DNA of 64,000 bases, from the NCBI GenBank assembly GCA_012730045.1, contig JAAYBR010000106.1, forward strand, positions 64,550 to 128,549, given 5' to 3'. Positions 28,431-38,232 of this stretch are shown here, piece after piece; the stretch's first letter is position 1, and every line of letters begins with the position of its first letter. A program made the translations under genes and the position numbers. Origin of the DNA: Candidatus Hydrogenedentota bacterium (GTDB taxonomy: Bacteria; Hydrogenedentota; Hydrogenedentia; Hydrogenedentales; CAITNO01). Below the pieces are notes generated by a model. That model was not told the origin of the DNA and did no database searches. It saw only the letters and a list, made by a program, of their open reading frames with translations.

Positions 28431-29404
28431 CCCGGCGCGGAGGGCGCCGTTTCGGGGGCCGGTTCCCCTGCGGCCGGAACGGGGTGGCGGCTCCACCACG
28501 AGGCCGCGACGCTTCCCGTGAGGATGCAGATGAACACAAAGGCCGCGCAGGGGAGCGCCGCCTTCTCGCCGAAGAACTGTATGGCCAGCACCACCCCCAG
28601 CCCGGCGTTCTGCATCCCGACCTCAATGCTGAGCGTCCGGCGCCGGGAAACCGGCATACGGAACATCCGGCCCGCCCCGTAGCCGAGCGACATTCCCGAC
28701 AGGTTCAGCGCCAGGCAAACCCCCAACACGAGGAGCGTGGTCTGGGCAAGGGCCTCCCTGTTCATGGCGATGACCAGACTGCAAATGAACACGATGAACA
28801 GGGCCGAGAGCGCCGGAAAGACGGGCTGCGCCCGCTCCACCTGCCGGGGAAGCAGCACCCGCAGCCCAAACCCGGCCAGCAACGGCCCGATGACGGTGAG
28901 CAGCAGTTTCAGGAACATCTCCCAGTACTCCACGTCCATTTCCGCCCCCGCGAGTTTCAGGACCAGCAGGGGGGTCAGCACCGGGCAGAGCAGGGTGGAG
29001 GCCGTCGTCAGCGACACGGAATACGCGGTGTCCGCCTTGGCCAGGAAACTCACCACATTGCTTGCCATGGCGCCCGGCGCGGCCCCTGTCAGAACCAGGC
29101 CGACGGCCAGATCGTCGGGAAGGCGGAGAACCCGGGCGATGGCCCAGGCGGAGAAGGGCATGATGGTGTACTGCGCGGCGGTGCCCACGGCGACCGCGCC
29201 GGGCGCCCGGGCAATGTTCACAAAGTCGGCGGGCCGCAGCGCGGCGCCGATGCCGAACATGGTGAGGGCAAAGAAATGGTCCAGATAGCCCTTGAGGGAG
29301 AGAACCGGCCCGGGAAAGCGGTATGCCAGCAGGCCGAACAGAATGACCCAGAGGGTGAAGTGCCCCGTGCAGAACTCCAAGAACGCCTTGACCCGGTCAC
29401 TCAC
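28424..29404 (-). CDS. bile acid:sodium symporter (BASS/Acr3-like) family transporter
   Basis: About 326 aa from the GTG at 29402-29404 (GGGAGG RBS). It has 8-10 TM helices and a BASS-type organisation (FTLWVILFGLLAYRFPG...GMQNAGLGVVLA). Confidence 0.75.
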   Translation of the reverse strand: MSDRVKAFLEFCTGHFTLWVILFGLLAYRFPGPVLSLKGYLDHFFALTMFGIGAALRPADFVNIARAPGAVAVGTAAQYTIMPFSAWAIARVLRLPDDLAVGLVLTGAAPGAMASNVVSFLAKADTAYSVSLTTASTLLCPVLTPLLVLKLAGAEMDVEYWEMFLKLLLTVIGPLLAGFGLRVLLPRQVERAQPVFPALSALFIVFICSLVIAMNREALAQTTLLVLGVCLALNLSGMSLGYGAGRMFRMPVSRRRTLSIEVGMQNAGLGVVLAIQFFGEKAALPCAAFVFICILTGSVAASWWSRHPVPAAGEPAPETAPSAPGQ

Positions 29405-29433
29405 GCATGTCCTCCCGCAGCGGAGGCGGTCTG

Positions 29434-30816
29434 TCAGGCACGCACCGCCTTGGAAAGCTGCTCGATCGTCTGACGCATCACGGGGTCGGTCTTCACCGCC
29501 TTGGACACCTTTTCGCACGCGTACAGAACCGTGGTGTGGTCCTTCCCGCCGAAATACTCGCCGATGTCGTTGAGCGACAGGCTCGGAATGAGCGTCTTGC
29601 AGAGGTACATGGCCACCTGGCGCGGCTGGGAAATCTGCCGCTGGCGGCTGCGCCCGCGCAGGTCGGCGATGCGCACGTCGTAATGCTCCGCCACCACGCG
29701 CTGCACCTGCTCGATGGTCACCGGCCGGATTTTCTCCGATCCGATGAGGTCCTTGAGCACGGTCTCCGCAAGCGACATCGTGACCTTCTCCCCGGCGAGG
29801 CGGCTGTACGCGAGCACCGTCGTCAGCGCCCCCTCCAGCTCGCGGATGTTGGCCGTGATGTAGGTCGCGACATAGCGGAGGATGTCCGGGGGCACCGTGA
29901 TGCCCTCGTCCCGCGCCTTGTTCTGGAGGATCGCGATGCGCGTCTCCAGGTCCGGCGGCTGGATGTCCGTCACCAGGCCCCATTCAAACCGCGACACCAG
30001 CCGCTCCTCGATGCCCTGCAGCTCCTTGGGGCTGCGGTCGCTTGCGATGACGATCTGCTTGTGCGCGTCGAACAGGGTGTTGAACGTGTGGAAGAACTCC
30101 TCCTGCGTCGCCTCCTTCCCCGTGATGAACTGGATGTCGTCAATCAGGAGGACGTCCACCTTGCGGTACTTCGCGCGGAAGCGCTGGGTGTTCTTGTCGG
30201 CGATGCTCTGGATGAGCTGGTTCGTGAACTCCTCGGAGGAAATGAAGACCACGGACAGGCCGGGCTGGCGGGCAAGCACCCCCTGGCCCACCGCCTGCAT
30301 GAGGTGCGTCTTGCCAAGACCCGTGCCGCCGTAAAGGAAGAGGGGGTTGTACGCATTGCCGGGGGATTCGAAGACGGCCCGCGCTGCGGCGTGCGCGAAG
30401 CGGTTGCCCGCGCCGATCACGAAGCGGTCGAAGGTGTAGCGGGGGTTAAACCCCGAGAAGGCCTGGCGAACCCGGGCGACCTTCGCCTTGGCGGGCCCGG
30501 CGGGCGGCGCCGCGCGGCGCTCCTCCGGCGGGGCGGACGCCTGGTTCGCGGCGACGGAAAACCGCACGCGCGCGCACTCGGGCACCACTTTCTTCAGCGC
30601 CGAGAGCACCACGTCGGTGTGGTGCTCCTGCAGCCAGTTTGCAAAGAACTGGCTCGGCACGGACACCTCGAAGACCTGGTCCTCAAAGCCGCCAAAGCGC
30701 GTCTGTGAGAACCAGTTCTTGTAGGTGTGGCCGTCCACGGCCCCCTGCAGATGGACCAGTGCCTGGTCCCAAAGCGTTTGTTCGCGTTCCACCGTTTCTC
30801 CCGCCGCGTCGTGCAT
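29434..30816 (-). CDS. dnaA: chromosomal replication initiator protein DnaA
   Basis: 460 aa with a DnaA N-terminal domain, AAA+ Walker A (LFLYGGTGLGKTHLMQAVG), Walker B (DVLLIDDIQF), and the C-terminal DnaA-box-binding signature (VAMYLCKTLIPSLSLNDIGEYFGGKDHTTVLYA). Confidence 0.95.
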   Translation of the reverse strand: MHDAAGETVEREQTLWDQALVHLQGAVDGHTYKNWFSQTRFGGFEDQVFEVSVPSQFFANWLQEHHTDVVLSALKKVVPECARVRFSVAANQASAPPEERRAAPPAGPAKAKVARVRQAFSGFNPRYTFDRFVIGAGNRFAHAAARAVFESPGNAYNPLFLYGGTGLGKTHLMQAVGQGVLARQPGLSVVFISSEEFTNQLIQSIADKNTQRFRAKYRKVDVLLIDDIQFITGKEATQEEFFHTFNTLFDAHKQIVIASDRSPKELQGIEERLVSRFEWGLVTDIQPPDLETRIAILQNKARDEGITVPPDILRYVATYITANIRELEGALTTVLAYSRLAGEKVTMSLAETVLKDLIGSEKIRPVTIEQVQRVVAEHYDVRIADLRGRSRQRQISQPRQVAMYLCKTLIPSLSLNDIGEYFGGKDHTTVLYACEKVSKAVKTDPVMRQTIEQLSKAVRA

Positions 30817-30979
30817 GACAACGTTCCTGCAATGAGTCGAATTGAGGGCGCACCCCGCCTCCGCCTAACCCCGCTTGAATTGTCTTTCGTTGCGCCCCGC
30901 CGCACCGTCTGTCCGCCCGCGCACTGGGCCAGATCAACCATGCGCGAAGTGTGAGTTTGCCCCACGCCGCCGCCCTTTG

Positions 30980-31381
30980 TCAAGGGCCGTCTTTAAATGC
31001 TTTGCCCTCTTGGACTTTCACCGCGCGCCACGCGGCGTCCATTTCGCAGGGCGTGCAAGATGAGAGGTCCAGACCCTGCCCGCGAAGCAGTTCAAGGGCC
31101 GCGCGCGCCCTTCGTTCAAGCGTGTCCGTGGCCTCCAGCAGCCGCCGCGCGGGGTCTGTGCGCAGGAAACGCGCCGCGTTCACCGCCGCGAGCAGAAGGT
31201 CTCCCAGTTCGCGGCCCGCGTGCTCCGTGTCCCCCGCGCGCAGCGCGGCGCGCATCTCCTCCAGCTCCTCGCCGATCTTGTCCAGCACGCCATGGATGTC
31301 GGGCCAGTCATAGCCCGCCGCGCTCACCGCGTCCTGCCGCGCCATGGACGCCAGTAGCGCGTCCTGTCCGTCGTGTGCCAT
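30980..31381 (-). CDS. MazG-like nucleotide pyrophosphohydrolase domain protein
   Basis: 133 aa with an EEXXE-type motif (KIGEELEEMRAALRAGD...ELGDLLLAAVNAARF) typical of MazG/NTP-PPase. Confidence 0.7.
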   Translation of the reverse strand: MAHDGQDALLASMARQDAVSAAGYDWPDIHGVLDKIGEELEEMRAALRAGDTEHAGRELGDLLLAAVNAARFLRTDPARRLLEATDTLERRARAALELLRGQGLDLSSCTPCEMDAAWRAVKVQEGKAFKDGP

Positions 31382-31508
31382 GATGCGTGGTCTCCCGTGT
31401 TGTGAGACCCCGAGTGTAGGGCATCGCCGCCCCTCCCGTCACGCTTTGTTTGGCGTCACCCCGCGCGGGCGGGTATCATGGGAGGAAATTTCAGGAGAGT
31501 TTTCCGCC

Positions 31509-32522
31509 ATGCGATTCCCAGACACATCGAAACCCGTCCTGGCCGTCACCATGGGCGATGTCAACGGCATCGGCCCCGAAATCCTCGCGAAGGCGCTCGC
31601 GGGGGACGTCCCGTGGAAGACCTGCGTCCCCGTTGTCTTCGGTTCGCCGCAGGCCCTGGAGGACGCGCGCCGCTTCGCCCCCGGATGCCCGCCCGCTGTG
31701 GCCGTTTCCTCCGTGGCGGAGGCCCTCACCGCAACCGGCGGTGTGCCCGTCCTCTCCTGCGGCAACGGGGGGCCGGCACCCGCCCCCGGCACCCTCGACC
31801 CCGCCGCGGGCGCGGCGGCCGTCGTCTGGATTGAGGGCGCCGTGCGCGCCGCCATGGCGGGCCAGGTCAGGGGCTTGGTGACCTGCCCCATCAGCAAGGA
31901 GGCCATCCTGGGCGCCGGGTGCCCTCACACGGGACACACCTCCCTGATCGCGGCGATGACCAGCAGTCCCGACTACCGGATGTGCCTGTTCACCGACACG
32001 CTCCGCATCATCCACATCACGGCCCATCTCTCCATGCGCGACGCCGTGGAGGCCGTCAAGAAGGACCGCATTCTCAAGAGCATCCTCCTCGCCGATGCGG
32101 CTCTCAAGCGCCTCGGAATGGCGGCTCCGCGCATCGCCGTCGCCGCGCTGAACCCCCACGCGGGGGAGGCGGGCGCCTTCGGCTGCGAGGAAATCCAGGA
32201 AATCGCCCCCGCCGTCCGCGAGGCGGCGGAGTCCGGCGTGGACGTCTCCGGGCCGCACCCGCCGGACACCGTCTTCCGCCGCGCCTATTACGGAGAGTTT
32301 GACGCCGTCATCGCCATGTACCACGACCAGGGGCACATCCCGCTCAAGCTGGTCGCCATGGACGAGGGGGTCAACGTGACCCTGGGCACCTCCATCGTCC
32401 GCACCTCCGTGGACCACGGCACCGCCTTCGACATCGCGGGCACGGGCCGGGCACGGCACGAAAGCCTCCTGTCCGCCATTGTCATGGCGTCCCTCCTGGC
32501 CGCAAAAGGGTTTGCCTCGTGA
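31509..32522 (+). CDS. pdxA: 4-hydroxythreonine-4-phosphate dehydrogenase
   Basis: Translation PVLAVTMGDVNGIGPEI...CGHTSLIAAMT...NPHAGEAG...AMYHDQGHIPLK carries PdxA family signatures. The start is at the ATG at 31509 inside a longer ORF. Confidence 0.9.
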   Translation: MRFPDTSKPVLAVTMGDVNGIGPEILAKALAGDVPWKTCVPVVFGSPQALEDARRFAPGCPPAVAVSSVAEALTATGGVPVLSCGNGGPAPAPGTLDPAAGAAAVVWIEGAVRAAMAGQVRGLVTCPISKEAILGAGCPHTGHTSLIAAMTSSPDYRMCLFTDTLRIIHITAHLSMRDAVEAVKKDRILKSILLADAALKRLGMAAPRIAVAALNPHAGEAGAFGCEEIQEIAPAVREAAESGVDVSGPHPPDTVFRRAYYGEFDAVIAMYHDQGHIPLKLVAMDEGVNVTLGTSIVRTSVDHGTAFDIAGTGRARHESLLSAIVMASLLAAKGFAS

Positions 32523-33790
32523 ATATCCGCTCCTGCCGCGCCGTTCTCCCGCTCCTGCTTGGGGTCCTCTGCGCCATGCCCGGCGTCCGCGCCGCGGAAA
32601 AAGCGCGCCGCCAGTTCTCCCCCCAGCCGCGGACCGTGGCCGCGGGCCCCAACCCCTGCGCCATCGCATGCCGCGACCTGAATGACGACGGCATTCCGGA
32701 CATTGTGACCGCCGACCGGGGCGTCCTCGCCGACCCCCGGGACGAGCGCCCGGCCAACGACGAGCTGTCGGTCTTCATCGCCGACCAGCCCTTCTCGTAC
32801 ACCCGCCAAACCCCCACGCTGAAATGCGGGTTCGGCCCCTACGCCGTGGCCCTCGCCAACGTGGACGGACTGAAGTGGCCGGACATCATCGTCGCCAGTT
32901 TCCACGCCGTGCGCCACCGTGACATCACCGTCTTCCTCAACATCAAGCCCGAGGGGGTCTTCAAGCCCGTCACCTTCAAGATTGCGGAGGAAAACCTCCC
33001 CTATGAGCGCCACCGGGACGGCGAGGGCGTCCCCCTTTTCACCAAGCCCGGCCTCACCTCCGTGCATGTGCAGGACATGGACGGCGACGGCCTGCGCGAC
33101 CTGCTCGCCACCGGGTGGAGCAGCGACGTGGTGGTGCTCATGCACGGCCACGCGGAGACGTACTTCGCCGAACCCCAGTTCCTTCCCGTGCCCGGCGGGC
33201 CGTCAAGCCTCTGCGTCGCCGACTTCAACGGGGACGGCACGCTGGACTTCGCCGTGACCTGCCAGGCCGCCGACCAGACCGCCGTGTGGCTGGGCGACGG
33301 AAGGGGCGGATTCAGTGAAAGTTCCCGGTTCCCCTCAAGAGGCACGCACCCCTCGGTCATCCGGGAAGCCGACATGAACGGCGACGGCATTCCCGACCTC
33401 GCCGTCGGACATTCCTACACGGAGGACAGCATCGTCCTCTTCTTCGGCGATGGAAAGGGAACCTTTGCCGCCTCCCAGGAAATCCTTCTCGGCGACGACC
33501 GCAGGGTGCTGGAAAAGGAAATCCGCGACGTCATCGTGGACGACTTCAACGGCGACGGGCGCATGGACCTCGCCGCCGCCTGCTTCGCCTCCGGCGAGGT
33601 GGCGGTCCTGCTTAACGCCTCCGCGGACACGACTATCCCCCTGGTGTTCGCCAGGGAGATCTACCCCTTTCAGGACGGAAAACCGTGCGCCCTGGCCTCT
33701 GCGGACTTGGACGGTGACGAGAAGAAGGACATTGCGGCAGCCCTGTGGGAAATCAACGCGGTGGGGTTCCTCGCCAACGCGGGAAAGTGA
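32519..33790 (+). CDS. secreted FG-GAP/VCBS-repeat (integrin-alpha-like beta-propeller) protein
   Basis: It has a signal peptide (MNIRSCRAVLPLLLGVLCAMPGVRA) and repeated D-x-N/D-G-D-G-x-x-D calcium-binding loops (DLNDDGIPDIV, DMDGDGLRDLL, DFNGDGTLDF, DMNGDGIPDL, DFNGDGRMDL). The ATGA overlap with the pdxA stop indicates coupling. Confidence 0.65.
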   Translation: MNIRSCRAVLPLLLGVLCAMPGVRAAEKARRQFSPQPRTVAAGPNPCAIACRDLNDDGIPDIVTADRGVLADPRDERPANDELSVFIADQPFSYTRQTPTLKCGFGPYAVALANVDGLKWPDIIVASFHAVRHRDITVFLNIKPEGVFKPVTFKIAEENLPYERHRDGEGVPLFTKPGLTSVHVQDMDGDGLRDLLATGWSSDVVVLMHGHAETYFAEPQFLPVPGGPSSLCVADFNGDGTLDFAVTCQAADQTAVWLGDGRGGFSESSRFPSRGTHPSVIREADMNGDGIPDLAVGHSYTEDSIVLFFGDGKGTFAASQEILLGDDRRVLEKEIRDVIVDDFNGDGRMDLAAACFASGEVAVLLNASADTTIPLVFAREIYPFQDGKPCALASADLDGDEKKDIAAALWEINAVGFLANAGK

Positions 33791-33817
33791 CCCTTTGTCT
33801 CGAAAGACCGCCCGGTC

Positions 33818-36040
33818 CTAGGCGCGCGCCACCGTCTGAGGATGCCCTGCGCGGCGTTTCGGGAGTGTTCCCAACAGACGGGACATGCCCCGGTGCTGCT
33901 CCTCCGCCAGCGGTCGCCCGCCGAAACGGACGTCCTCGTAGGTGTCCAAGAACGCGCCCAACTCCGAGACCGGAAGTCCCGGCACTGTCGCCAGGGCAGC
34001 CCGGATCTCATCGCAGGTCTTTCCCGCGCTGGCCACCCCCAGCCGCTCCAGCCGCCGGCAGAGCAGCCGGTGCAGCCGCGCCACCCGCGACTGGTCCGGG
34101 CTGAGGCGCGGTCCCCGCCCGCGCCCCCGCATCAGGACACGCAAAAGAACCGCCGCCACCGAAACCAACGCCGCGCCGCCCGCCGCCCAGGACACGCGGG
34201 AAAGCCCCCCGAGCCCCCCTGCCTGAACAAAGACCTCCGGAAGCGCGAACCGCGCCCCCGGCGCGCCGTGCCCCGGGTTCCGGAACCGGGCCGCCAGCCG
34301 GTCCAGCCGCCACGTGCCCTCGAACCCCATGACCTTGCGGTACCAGAACATCTTGGCCCCCAGCACCCGGCTCGACCACTCCCGCCGCAGGCGGCCAAAC
34401 CCCGTGGCCGAAAACTCGGAGGCGGGGGAGGGGTCGAAACGCACCCAGCCCGCCCCCGGAATAAGCGCCTCCACCCAGAGGTGCGACATGCTCGCCCGAA
34501 CGGTGTACGAGCGGCTTCCCGGGTCCCACTCGCCGCCCCGGTACCCGCTCACCACCCGCGCGGGGATGCCCTGGCTGCGGGCCATCAGCGCCAGCGCGGA
34601 GGCAAAGAGCTGGCAGTGCCCCCGGCGCGCCTCGTTGATGAAGGCGTCAATCTCGTGGTCCGGCGGCAGCGGCGGCAGGTCGAGGGTATAGGTGAAGTCC
34701 GGCCCGCTCAGCCACGCCTCCAGCGCGCGCACCTTCGCGTAAGGGGACGCCTGCGCGCCCGCGACGCGCCCGGCGGTCTGGACGGTCTCCGGCAACAGCT
34801 CATGGTAGGTCAGGAGCCCGTAATCCCGGGGCGGAACGAAGGAGTAGTCGTCCGAAGAGGCCCGGGCTTCCGCAGCCTGCGGCTCCGCCACCTCGGACCA
34901 CGCCTCATAGGAGATGCTCCCCCCCGTGCCGCGGTTGAGCTGCACCGTGAAGTCCAGCCCGGCGTCCCACTGAAGGGTTGCGCGCTCCGCGCTGGGCGGC
35001 AACGCCGCCCGCCGCACGAGGTCCAGACAGGGCAGCGAGCCCGTCGGCACGCTGTCCATGAAAATCACCTGCCGCACCGCGCGCCGTCCGGGCACGGCGT
35101 CCCGCGCCTCCTCCCGGCCCGCCGTCTTGAAGTTGACCACGCTGCGGGTGGCGGTGTGGTTCTCCGCCCCTGGCTGCAGCGCGTTTTCCAGCCCGCGCCG
35201 CGACCATTCCGACCCGGCAAAACGGGACAGCGTCGTCGCCCGCCAATACATCCCGTCGGCCGGGATGAACATCCCCCCGGGTTCGTCGGGAAACGCCACG
35301 TTCATGACCGCGCTCGGGTCCTCATAGACGCTGAGCCCGCCCGTCAGGCGCACCGTCTCTGAAAGCCCCGTCACTGCGCGGGTGGGATCGGTCCGCCCCA
35401 GGAAGCCCGCCTCAATGCGCGGCGTGGCCAGGAAGAGCACGATGGTGAACGCCATGGCCGCGAAAGCCAGCCCCCACACGGAGACGAAGAGTCCCGCGTC
35501 AAACACATTCCCCGGCCGCGCCTCCCCGCGCAGCCGCCCCCCGGGCGCCCGCACCGCCCGCAACCGGTCCGCGCCGGACATGTCGCTGTGGATCCGCAGG
35601 CTGACAAAGGCCCAGATGGACGCTGTGATGAACAGTCCAAGCACCAGCGCGATGGCCGGTTCCGGCGACTGAACCACTGCGGCGAGGAGCAGGAAGAATG
35701 CCATTAGGAAGAGCTGCAGGTGAACCTTCTCGGACTTCACCCCGAGCAACAGATAACCCTGGATGAAAATCACAAGGCAGATAACCGCGTTCATCAGGCC
35801 CAGTTGCACCACGGACACGGGAATGAAAACGCCATACCCGATGCAGATGGCGAGTTTCAGGCTGCGGAACCACGCCTGACGCCGTTCCAGATACTCCCCC
35901 AACGGGGAACACAGCAGGAAAAGCGCCGGCGGCAGCAGCAGCACGGCCCCGTACTCCCGCACCGTCGCCAGCGCCAGATAGCCCGCCAGCACCACGCAGG
36001 CCGAGGAAATCCGGAGAATCATGCGTGGCCGGTCAGACAT
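33818..36040 (-). CDS. transglutaminase-like protein with N-terminal polytopic membrane domain (TgpA-like: DUF3488 + transglutaminase core)
   Basis: 740 aa with about 6 N-terminal TM helices. The transglutaminase Cys region is GHCQLFASALALMARSQGIPARVVSGY, followed by a C-terminal TM/DUF4129-like tail. Its start overlaps the DUF58 gene stop by 8 nt. Confidence 0.8.
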   Translation of the reverse strand: MSDRPRMILRISSACVVLAGYLALATVREYGAVLLLPPALFLLCSPLGEYLERRQAWFRSLKLAICIGYGVFIPVSVVQLGLMNAVICLVIFIQGYLLLGVKSEKVHLQLFLMAFFLLLAAVVQSPEPAIALVLGLFITASIWAFVSLRIHSDMSGADRLRAVRAPGGRLRGEARPGNVFDAGLFVSVWGLAFAAMAFTIVLFLATPRIEAGFLGRTDPTRAVTGLSETVRLTGGLSVYEDPSAVMNVAFPDEPGGMFIPADGMYWRATTLSRFAGSEWSRRGLENALQPGAENHTATRSVVNFKTAGREEARDAVPGRRAVRQVIFMDSVPTGSLPCLDLVRRAALPPSAERATLQWDAGLDFTVQLNRGTGGSISYEAWSEVAEPQAAEARASSDDYSFVPPRDYGLLTYHELLPETVQTAGRVAGAQASPYAKVRALEAWLSGPDFTYTLDLPPLPPDHEIDAFINEARRGHCQLFASALALMARSQGIPARVVSGYRGGEWDPGSRSYTVRASMSHLWVEALIPGAGWVRFDPSPASEFSATGFGRLRREWSSRVLGAKMFWYRKVMGFEGTWRLDRLAARFRNPGHGAPGARFALPEVFVQAGGLGGLSRVSWAAGGAALVSVAAVLLRVLMRGRGRGPRLSPDQSRVARLHRLLCRRLERLGVASAGKTCDEIRAALATVPGLPVSELGAFLDTYEDVRFGGRPLAEEQHRGMSRLLGTLPKRRAGHPQTVARA

Positions 36041-37115
36041 GCGCCAGCCCTCCGGGGTCCACCACCGGAATGCCCGCCGGACCCGCCAGACGCCCCCATT
36101 TCCCCGCGTCGGCGGACACCGCCACCAGCCTGGCCGGTTCCGATTTCATCCGCCGCGCCTCCTCCTCCGCCCGCGCCGCCGTCCCCGCCGCGTCCCCGGC
36201 CTCCACCCGCGCCAGCGCGTCCAGAATTTTCTTCTCCTGAAAGGTGCCCGCGCCCAGGGACACCAGGTACCTGCCGGCCAAAAGCCCCACGGAGTACTGT
36301 CGCTGGAGCAGGGTGGCGGCGATGGACGCCGTCAATTCCACAGCGTCCTCAAACCGGTCCTCGAATCCCGGCAGCCCGTCGGGCACCGTGTCCAGAAAAA
36401 GCATGACGGCCCGCACGTTGCCGAATCCCATCTCCCGGACCATCCAGACCCCCCGGCGCGCGCTCACGCGCCAGGCGATGAGCCGGGTGTCGTCCCCCGG
36501 AACGTACTCCCGCAGGGAGACATACTCGTCGCCGTCCGCCATGCTGCGGCGCGGCGCCACACTCGCCCCCGGCAGCTGCTCCAGCGCGGACAGGCGCACC
36601 GAACCGACCCGCGGATACACCAGCACCTCCTCGGTGTCCCGAAACACGCGCCGCCGCTCGACGAACCCGAAGGGGTAGGAAGAGGAAAGGCGGCAGGGGG
36701 GGAGGGGATAGGCGCCCCGCCGCTCAAACACATGGCGCATGTCCAGGAGCAGAGCGCCGCGGGGAGGCGTCTTCAGGGCGTAGGAAAAGGTCCGGTCGGA
36801 CACGCCCTCCAACCCGAGCCGCAGGGAGACGGAGGAAAGGAGCGTCTTGGTGTTGGAAAGCGTCACCCGCACCAGCGCCTGCTCCCCCCGGAACACCGCG
36901 TGCGGCGCCTCGCGGGCGACCGTGATCCCCCGGAGATTCATCCAGCCGAGGGCTTCCGAGACCAGCATCACGCTGAGCAGGCCGCCGAAGACGATGTAGA
37001 GCAGGTTCTCCCCCGTGTTTAGGGCGGAGAAGAAGACCAGCACCAGGATGACCGCCATGACCACGCCGGACTTGGTCGGCCGGCCCAGGCGCTTCTCGCC
37101 GAACCGGGCGGCCAT
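36033..37115 (-). CDS. DUF58 domain protein (MoxR-associated, vWA-like)
   Basis: 360 aa with N-terminal TM helices and DUF58 hallmarks (GDDTRLIAWRVSARRG..MVRE). It sits between MoxR and TgpA. Confidence 0.8.
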   Translation of the reverse strand: MAARFGEKRLGRPTKSGVVMAVILVLVFFSALNTGENLLYIVFGGLLSVMLVSEALGWMNLRGITVAREAPHAVFRGEQALVRVTLSNTKTLLSSVSLRLGLEGVSDRTFSYALKTPPRGALLLDMRHVFERRGAYPLPPCRLSSSYPFGFVERRRVFRDTEEVLVYPRVGSVRLSALEQLPGASVAPRRSMADGDEYVSLREYVPGDDTRLIAWRVSARRGVWMVREMGFGNVRAVMLFLDTVPDGLPGFEDRFEDAVELTASIAATLLQRQYSVGLLAGRYLVSLGAGTFQEKKILDALARVEAGDAAGTAARAEEEARRMKSEPARLVAVSADAGKWGRLAGPAGIPVVDPGGLAHV

Positions 37116-38062
37116 CAGACCGGAACCTTGATTCCCTGCACAATCTCCAGCAGGATGCGCTCCCGTTCCTTCGCCGAAGCGGCAAGGTCGGCCCCCCGCG
37201 ACCGGACCAGCAGCCGGTGCGCGAGCACCGGGGCCGCCATCCGCTTGACGTCGCCCGGCGTCACATAGTCCCGCCCCGCGACCAGCGCGTGCGCCTGGCT
37301 GGCCTCCAGCAGGCCCTGCGACCCGCGCGGCGACGCCCCCAGCCGCACCTGCTCGTGCGTCCGCGTGCCCCGGACAATCTCCAGGACGTACTGCTCCACC
37401 GCCGGGTCCACATGCACCGACCCGGCCACCCGCTGCATCTCGATCAGCTCCCGGCCCGTGACGGCGGGGGAGAGGGCGGCGATGGCTTCCATGGGGTCGT
37501 GCCGCCGCATGATCCGCAGCTCGTCCGCCTCCGGCGGATAGCCCACCTCCACCCGGAGCAGGAACCGGTCCAGCTGCGACTCGGGCAGCACATAGGTGCC
37601 CTCATGCTCGATGGGGTTCTGCGTGGCCACCACCATGAACGGTTTCGGCAGGGGGTGCGAAATCCCGTCCACCGACACCGTGTACTCGCTCATCGCCTCC
37701 AGCAGGGCGCTCTGGGTCTTCGGCGGCGTCCGGTTGATCTCGTCCGCCAGCACCACATTCGCGAAGATCGGCCCCCGCCGGTAGTCGAAGTCCCCCGTCT
37801 TCGGGTTCAGGATGGACACGCCCAAAATGTCCGACGGCAGCATGTCGCTCGTGAACTGGATGCGGGCAAACGAGCAGTCAATGGACTTTGCCAGGCTCTG
37901 GGCCAGCGTCGTCTTGCCAATGCCCGGCACATCCTCGATGAGCAGATGCCCGCGGGCCAGCAGCCCCGCCACGCACAGCTCCACCACGTCCCGCTTCCCG
38001 TACATCACCTTCTCGACGCTGTCAATCAGGCGTCCCACCTTTTCAAGACACGAAGCATCCAT
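37115..38062 (-). CDS. MoxR-family AAA+ ATPase
   Basis: About 315 aa from the ATG at 38060-38062. It has the MoxR signature GHLLIEDVPGIGKTTLAQSLA, Walker B (VVLADEINRTPPKTQSALLEAM), and sensor 2. Its stop overlaps the DUF58 start by one base (TGATG). The 130 codons upstream in the track lie inside the repeat array and are discarded. Confidence 0.9.
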   Translation of the reverse strand: MDASCLEKVGRLIDSVEKVMYGKRDVVELCVAGLLARGHLLIEDVPGIGKTTLAQSLAKSIDCSFARIQFTSDMLPSDILGVSILNPKTGDFDYRRGPIFANVVLADEINRTPPKTQSALLEAMSEYTVSVDGISHPLPKPFMVVATQNPIEHEGTYVLPESQLDRFLLRVEVGYPPEADELRIMRRHDPMEAIAALSPAVTGRELIEMQRVAGSVHVDPAVEQYVLEIVRGTRTHEQVRLGASPRGSQGLLEASQAHALVAGRDYVTPGDVKRMAAPVLAHRLLVRSRGADLAASAKERERILLEIVQGIKVPV

Positions 38063-38232
38063 GCATGTTTCCTGACGGTTGTTCGGAGTGTCCCTGTCAT
38101 CCCGCGTTCGGGATGCCGCCATTTTAGGGACGCGCGGCCCGCATTTCCACCCCGGCGCAAGGGCCAACGCTTGATGAACAACCCAAACCAGATTATGTAT
38201 GCCCGCCCCGCACGGCCAGCGAGGCCCTGTCT

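Noticed and set aside
30817-30979. oriC / DnaA-box cluster upstream of dnaA
   Set aside because: The region is GC-rich with no TTATCCACA-like 9-mers or AT-rich unwinding element. Only 1-2 mismatch TGTGGAT(C/G)N occurrences were seen, inside coding regions (for example 2886, 27214), and these are not meaningful.
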